Assembly (NCBI GenBank): GCA_019057385.1
Contig: JAHQJS010000006.1
Span: 741,038-805,037, forward strand
DNA length: 64,000 nt
From: Candidatus Borrarchaeum weybense
GTDB taxonomy: Archaea > Asgardarchaeota > Sifarchaeia > Borrarchaeales > Borrarchaeaceae
Direction of reading: 5' to 3'
Made by a program: the position numbers and the translations under genes. Every line of letters starts with the position of its first letter. Position 1 is the stretch's first letter. Positions 61,739 through 64,000 of this stretch are shown one piece after another. A model generated the notes under the pieces. That model was given only the letters and a program-made list of their open reading frames with translations, was not told where the DNA came from and did not search any database.

Positions 61739-62026
61739 TGGCAACTTGTGATCGGTAAAGAACCTTAGACGGAAAGAAAAACTGACACAAAGAAACATGG
61801 TGAAGAATCGGCCCTGAACTATGAAGTAAGTGTGTACGGCCGGACAGGATTCTGGAAAGATAAGGGGAAGATCGAGAATGAGCCTTAGAGGAAAAATCAA
61901 ACTAAGGTGAAGTGTAAGCCGTAGCACGAAAGTGAAACGGTTGTCGACTGAGAGGTCGAAAGCACGCGCGACGTAAAAATCGCGTAACCTGGAGCGAGGA
62001 AACCAAAAAGGCACAGCGGGTTGCCA
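61739..62026 (+). ncRNA. Unassigned ~290-nt structured ncRNA
   Basis: Closing stem TGGCAACTTG/CGGGTTGCCA; several internal hairpins; GC-rich relative to flanks; flanked by promoter and T-tract. Confidence 0.7.
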
Positions 62027-62027
62027 C

Positions 62028-62066
62028 TTTTCTTTTGGGATGTTTTTTTAACATCCTTTTTTTTTG
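62028..62066. terminator. T-tracts with GGATGTT/AACATCC hairpin
   Basis: Lies between the convergent ncRNA candidate and lipS1. Confidence 0.6.
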
Positions 62067-62081
62067 AAAACAGCTAAATAG

Positions 62082-63077
62082 TCAAGTTAAGATGTCGCTG
62101 ATGATAAGCGAGCAGCAGAGTTCTTTATGAATTATTTTAAGGTCAAGTGACTGTGCTTCTTCTACACCCGCATCGGTGATATAAGCAATTCCGTTTATTC
62201 CAGCTCGAATTGCGAGAATGTCAGTTTCTTCCTTGTGATATCCCTTTGGTCTGGCACAGCCTAACATAACTGGCTTATCCTGAAAAGTCAAACGTGCTAT
62301 AGTGATAATTTTGGCAATGGTTTCAGGTGATGGTGGCGTGACATTCTCCATTGGTGTTCCTTCTAGGGGCATTAATGCAACTATCACAATGGCATCAGGG
62401 TCATATTTAGACAGCATTTCTAATGCATTGATTTCTCCGTCTAGAGTGCCGTAATTGAGACCAACGACGACATGTGGTACAATTGGAATGTTAAATTCCT
62501 TAAGAAGTCTAATAGATTCTTCATATTTCTCGGGTGTTGCGTTTATATGGTAAACTGTTTCAATTGTGTCTTGACTGGCGATCACATCAAGCATAGCGGC
62601 ATCAATATGTGAATCTGCAAGAATTTTCGCGGTTTCCTTGTCGATAAGTCCTGTATGAACAACGACTTTTAATCCAAAACGTTCTTTTATAACTTTTAGA
62701 GCATTTGTATACTTTAAAAGAGGGACAAATCCGTGTTTATTTGCGCCTCCACTAATTAAAACACCCTTAGAACCCTTTTTGCTAAGTTCTTCACATAATT
62801 GAACTAATTCATCAGGAGAGCGTGCGGGTTTCATTGATTCTAGAATTTTAGACTGACAGTGATCGCAATTAAGAGCACATGCAGTTCCTGTAATACTTAT
62901 AGGCACAAAGGCGTTCGGAGATTCCTGCTTAAAACTTTCAATCTCATAATGAACTATGTTGGGAGCATAATTCCATAACAGGTTTCCAAAGTTTTTTCTA
63001 CGAAGATTAAAAGCATTTTCCATGTATTTTTTAAGTTCTGAGGAACTAGAGTTCAGAATCATCTTTGCTTGCGACAT
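62082..63077 (-). CDS. lipS1: Radical SAM protein, archaeal lipoyl synthase LipS1-type
   Basis: CALNCDHC plus GCAR and C-terminal CC motifs characteristic of LipS1. Confidence 0.75.
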   Translation of the reverse strand: MSQAKMILNSSSSELKKYMENAFNLRRKNFGNLLWNYAPNIVHYEIESFKQESPNAFVPISITGTACALNCDHCQSKILESMKPARSPDELVQLCEELSKKGSKGVLISGGANKHGFVPLLKYTNALKVIKERFGLKVVVHTGLIDKETAKILADSHIDAAMLDVIASQDTIETVYHINATPEKYEESIRLLKEFNIPIVPHVVVGLNYGTLDGEINALEMLSKYDPDAIVIVALMPLEGTPMENVTPPSPETIAKIITIARLTFQDKPVMLGCARPKGYHKEETDILAIRAGINGIAYITDAGVEEAQSLDLKIIHKELCCSLIISDILT

Positions 63078-63191
63078 TGAAAACAGTGATTTAGAAGTGA
63101 TAGGCGCACATCCTCTTGTTTTAAAAAACTGAATGAGTTCGGGAATTATGATATCGGGATCGAATAAAACTATTTCCTTATATCAAATGAA

Positions 63192-63230
63192 GTGAACTAC
63201 CTCACGCTGAAGCTGTGGTGCTTTCTTGCT
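63192..63230 (-). mobile_element. TnpB-element right-end remnant
   Basis: GTGAACTACCTCACGCT identical to 53322-53338. Confidence 0.7.
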
Positions 63231-63447
63231 TAGTTATCGTAAGTGGGTTATAAGAGAATCAAAGTATATTTCTCCTTAAATCGGCTATAGACTAATTATT
63301 GCTCTTTATTCAGTTTCAACAATCATTTTATTAGAAGAGAATAACTTTAGTGTCAAGGCTGATGATTGTCTTTTTACCGATATACATTCTATTTTTTGTA
63401 TTAAAAGAAGCAAAGTATCTAGTTAGAACTAAATGGAGGTAAAATCC

Positions 63448-64000
63448 ATGAAAGAAGTAAAGATTCAGTTACCGGTTAAAGATCTTCCAAAAAGCTGGTA
63501 TAATATTATACCTGATCTTCCACAACCGCTTCCACCACCTAAAGAACCTGAAACAGGACCTTCTCGACTTGAATTTCTCTCTAAAGTCATTGTTAAAGAA
63601 TGTTTAAAACAAGAGTTTTCAGATCAAAGCTGGGTACCAATACCTGAGGAATTAAGAGAGTTATATATACAGGCAGGTAGACCAAGACCACTACGTCGAG
63701 CTAAAAGACTTGAAAAATTACTGAAAACTCCAGCACATCTTTATTGGAAGAGGGAAGATTTATCACCAACAGGAAGTCACAAAGTCAACACTGCACTAGC
63801 CCAGTTATATTATGCAGTACAAGAAGGTGTAGAAGGAGTAGTTACTGAAACTGGTGCTGGGCAATGGGGTACTGCATTGTCCTATGGTGCAAGTTTGATG
63901 GAATTACCATGTGTAGTTTTTTGGGTACGTAACGTGCATGATTGGAAGGTCGATCGAAGAACTCTAATGAAAATGTATGGCGGTGAGGTTCATCCTTCGC
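63448..64000 (+). CDS. trpB2: TrpB2 (tryptophan synthase beta-like), partial
   Basis: Hand translation: WYNIIPDLPQPLPP...KRE..SPTGSHKVNTA.AQ...TETGAGQWG. Confidence 0.92.
   Translation, partial: MKEVKIQLPVKDLPKSWYNIIPDLPQPLPPPKEPETGPSRLEFLSKVIVKECLKQEFSDQSWVPIPEELRELYIQAGRPRPLRRAKRLEKLLKTPAHLYWKREDLSPTGSHKVNTALAQLYYAVQEGVEGVVTETGAGQWGTALSYGASLMELPCVVFWVRNVHDWKVDRRTLMKMYGGEVHPS

Noticed and set aside
61721-62014. 97-aa minus-strand ORF
   Set aside because: Antisense to the structured RNA, atypical composition, no RBS.
61739-62026. RNase P RNA, SRP RNA or hammerhead ribozyme
   Set aside because: Conserved core motifs were not found by eye; left unassigned.
22029-63077. Orphan FtsX permease, PmbA and LipS1 lacking adjacent partners
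   Set aside because: Partners are commonly encoded elsewhere in archaeal genomes; not informative from one window.

Overview
Archaeal DNA, most likely an Asgard archaeon (inferred from a Rab-like GTPase, a eukaryote-like primase large subunit, PurP, PAC2 and BRE/TATA promoters). About 1-10.7 kb is an accessory/defence-like island with almost all genes on the minus strand: a PD-(D/E)xK nuclease, an MTH538/ThsB-type TIR gene with membrane partners, a run of N-terminally anchored single-TM proteins and a surface protein. The main finding is an 8,111-bp site-specific integrative element (11103-19228). It is bounded by a 15-bp direct repeat with inverted arm sites and splits the AmmeMemoRadiSam radical SAM gene (amrS) right after its CX3CX2C motif; precise excision would restore the reading frame. 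It encodes a tyrosine recombinase fused to homing-endonuclease-associated repeats, an RHH protein and nuclease-like cargo. The rest is mostly core genome: a four-AAA-module ATPase, pyrE, a RAM-fused GltD-like enzyme, two purP paralogs, hisF, hisIE, PAC2, Hsp20, priL, pmbA, lipS1 and trpB2. It carries several IS200/IS605 OMEGA elements (intact IscB, nonsense IscB, TnpB, stand-alone guide-RNA scaffolds) and a ~290-nt structured ncRNA candidate at 61.74-62.03 kb that I cannot assign to a known family. All family calls come from motif recognition by eye, with no database searches.
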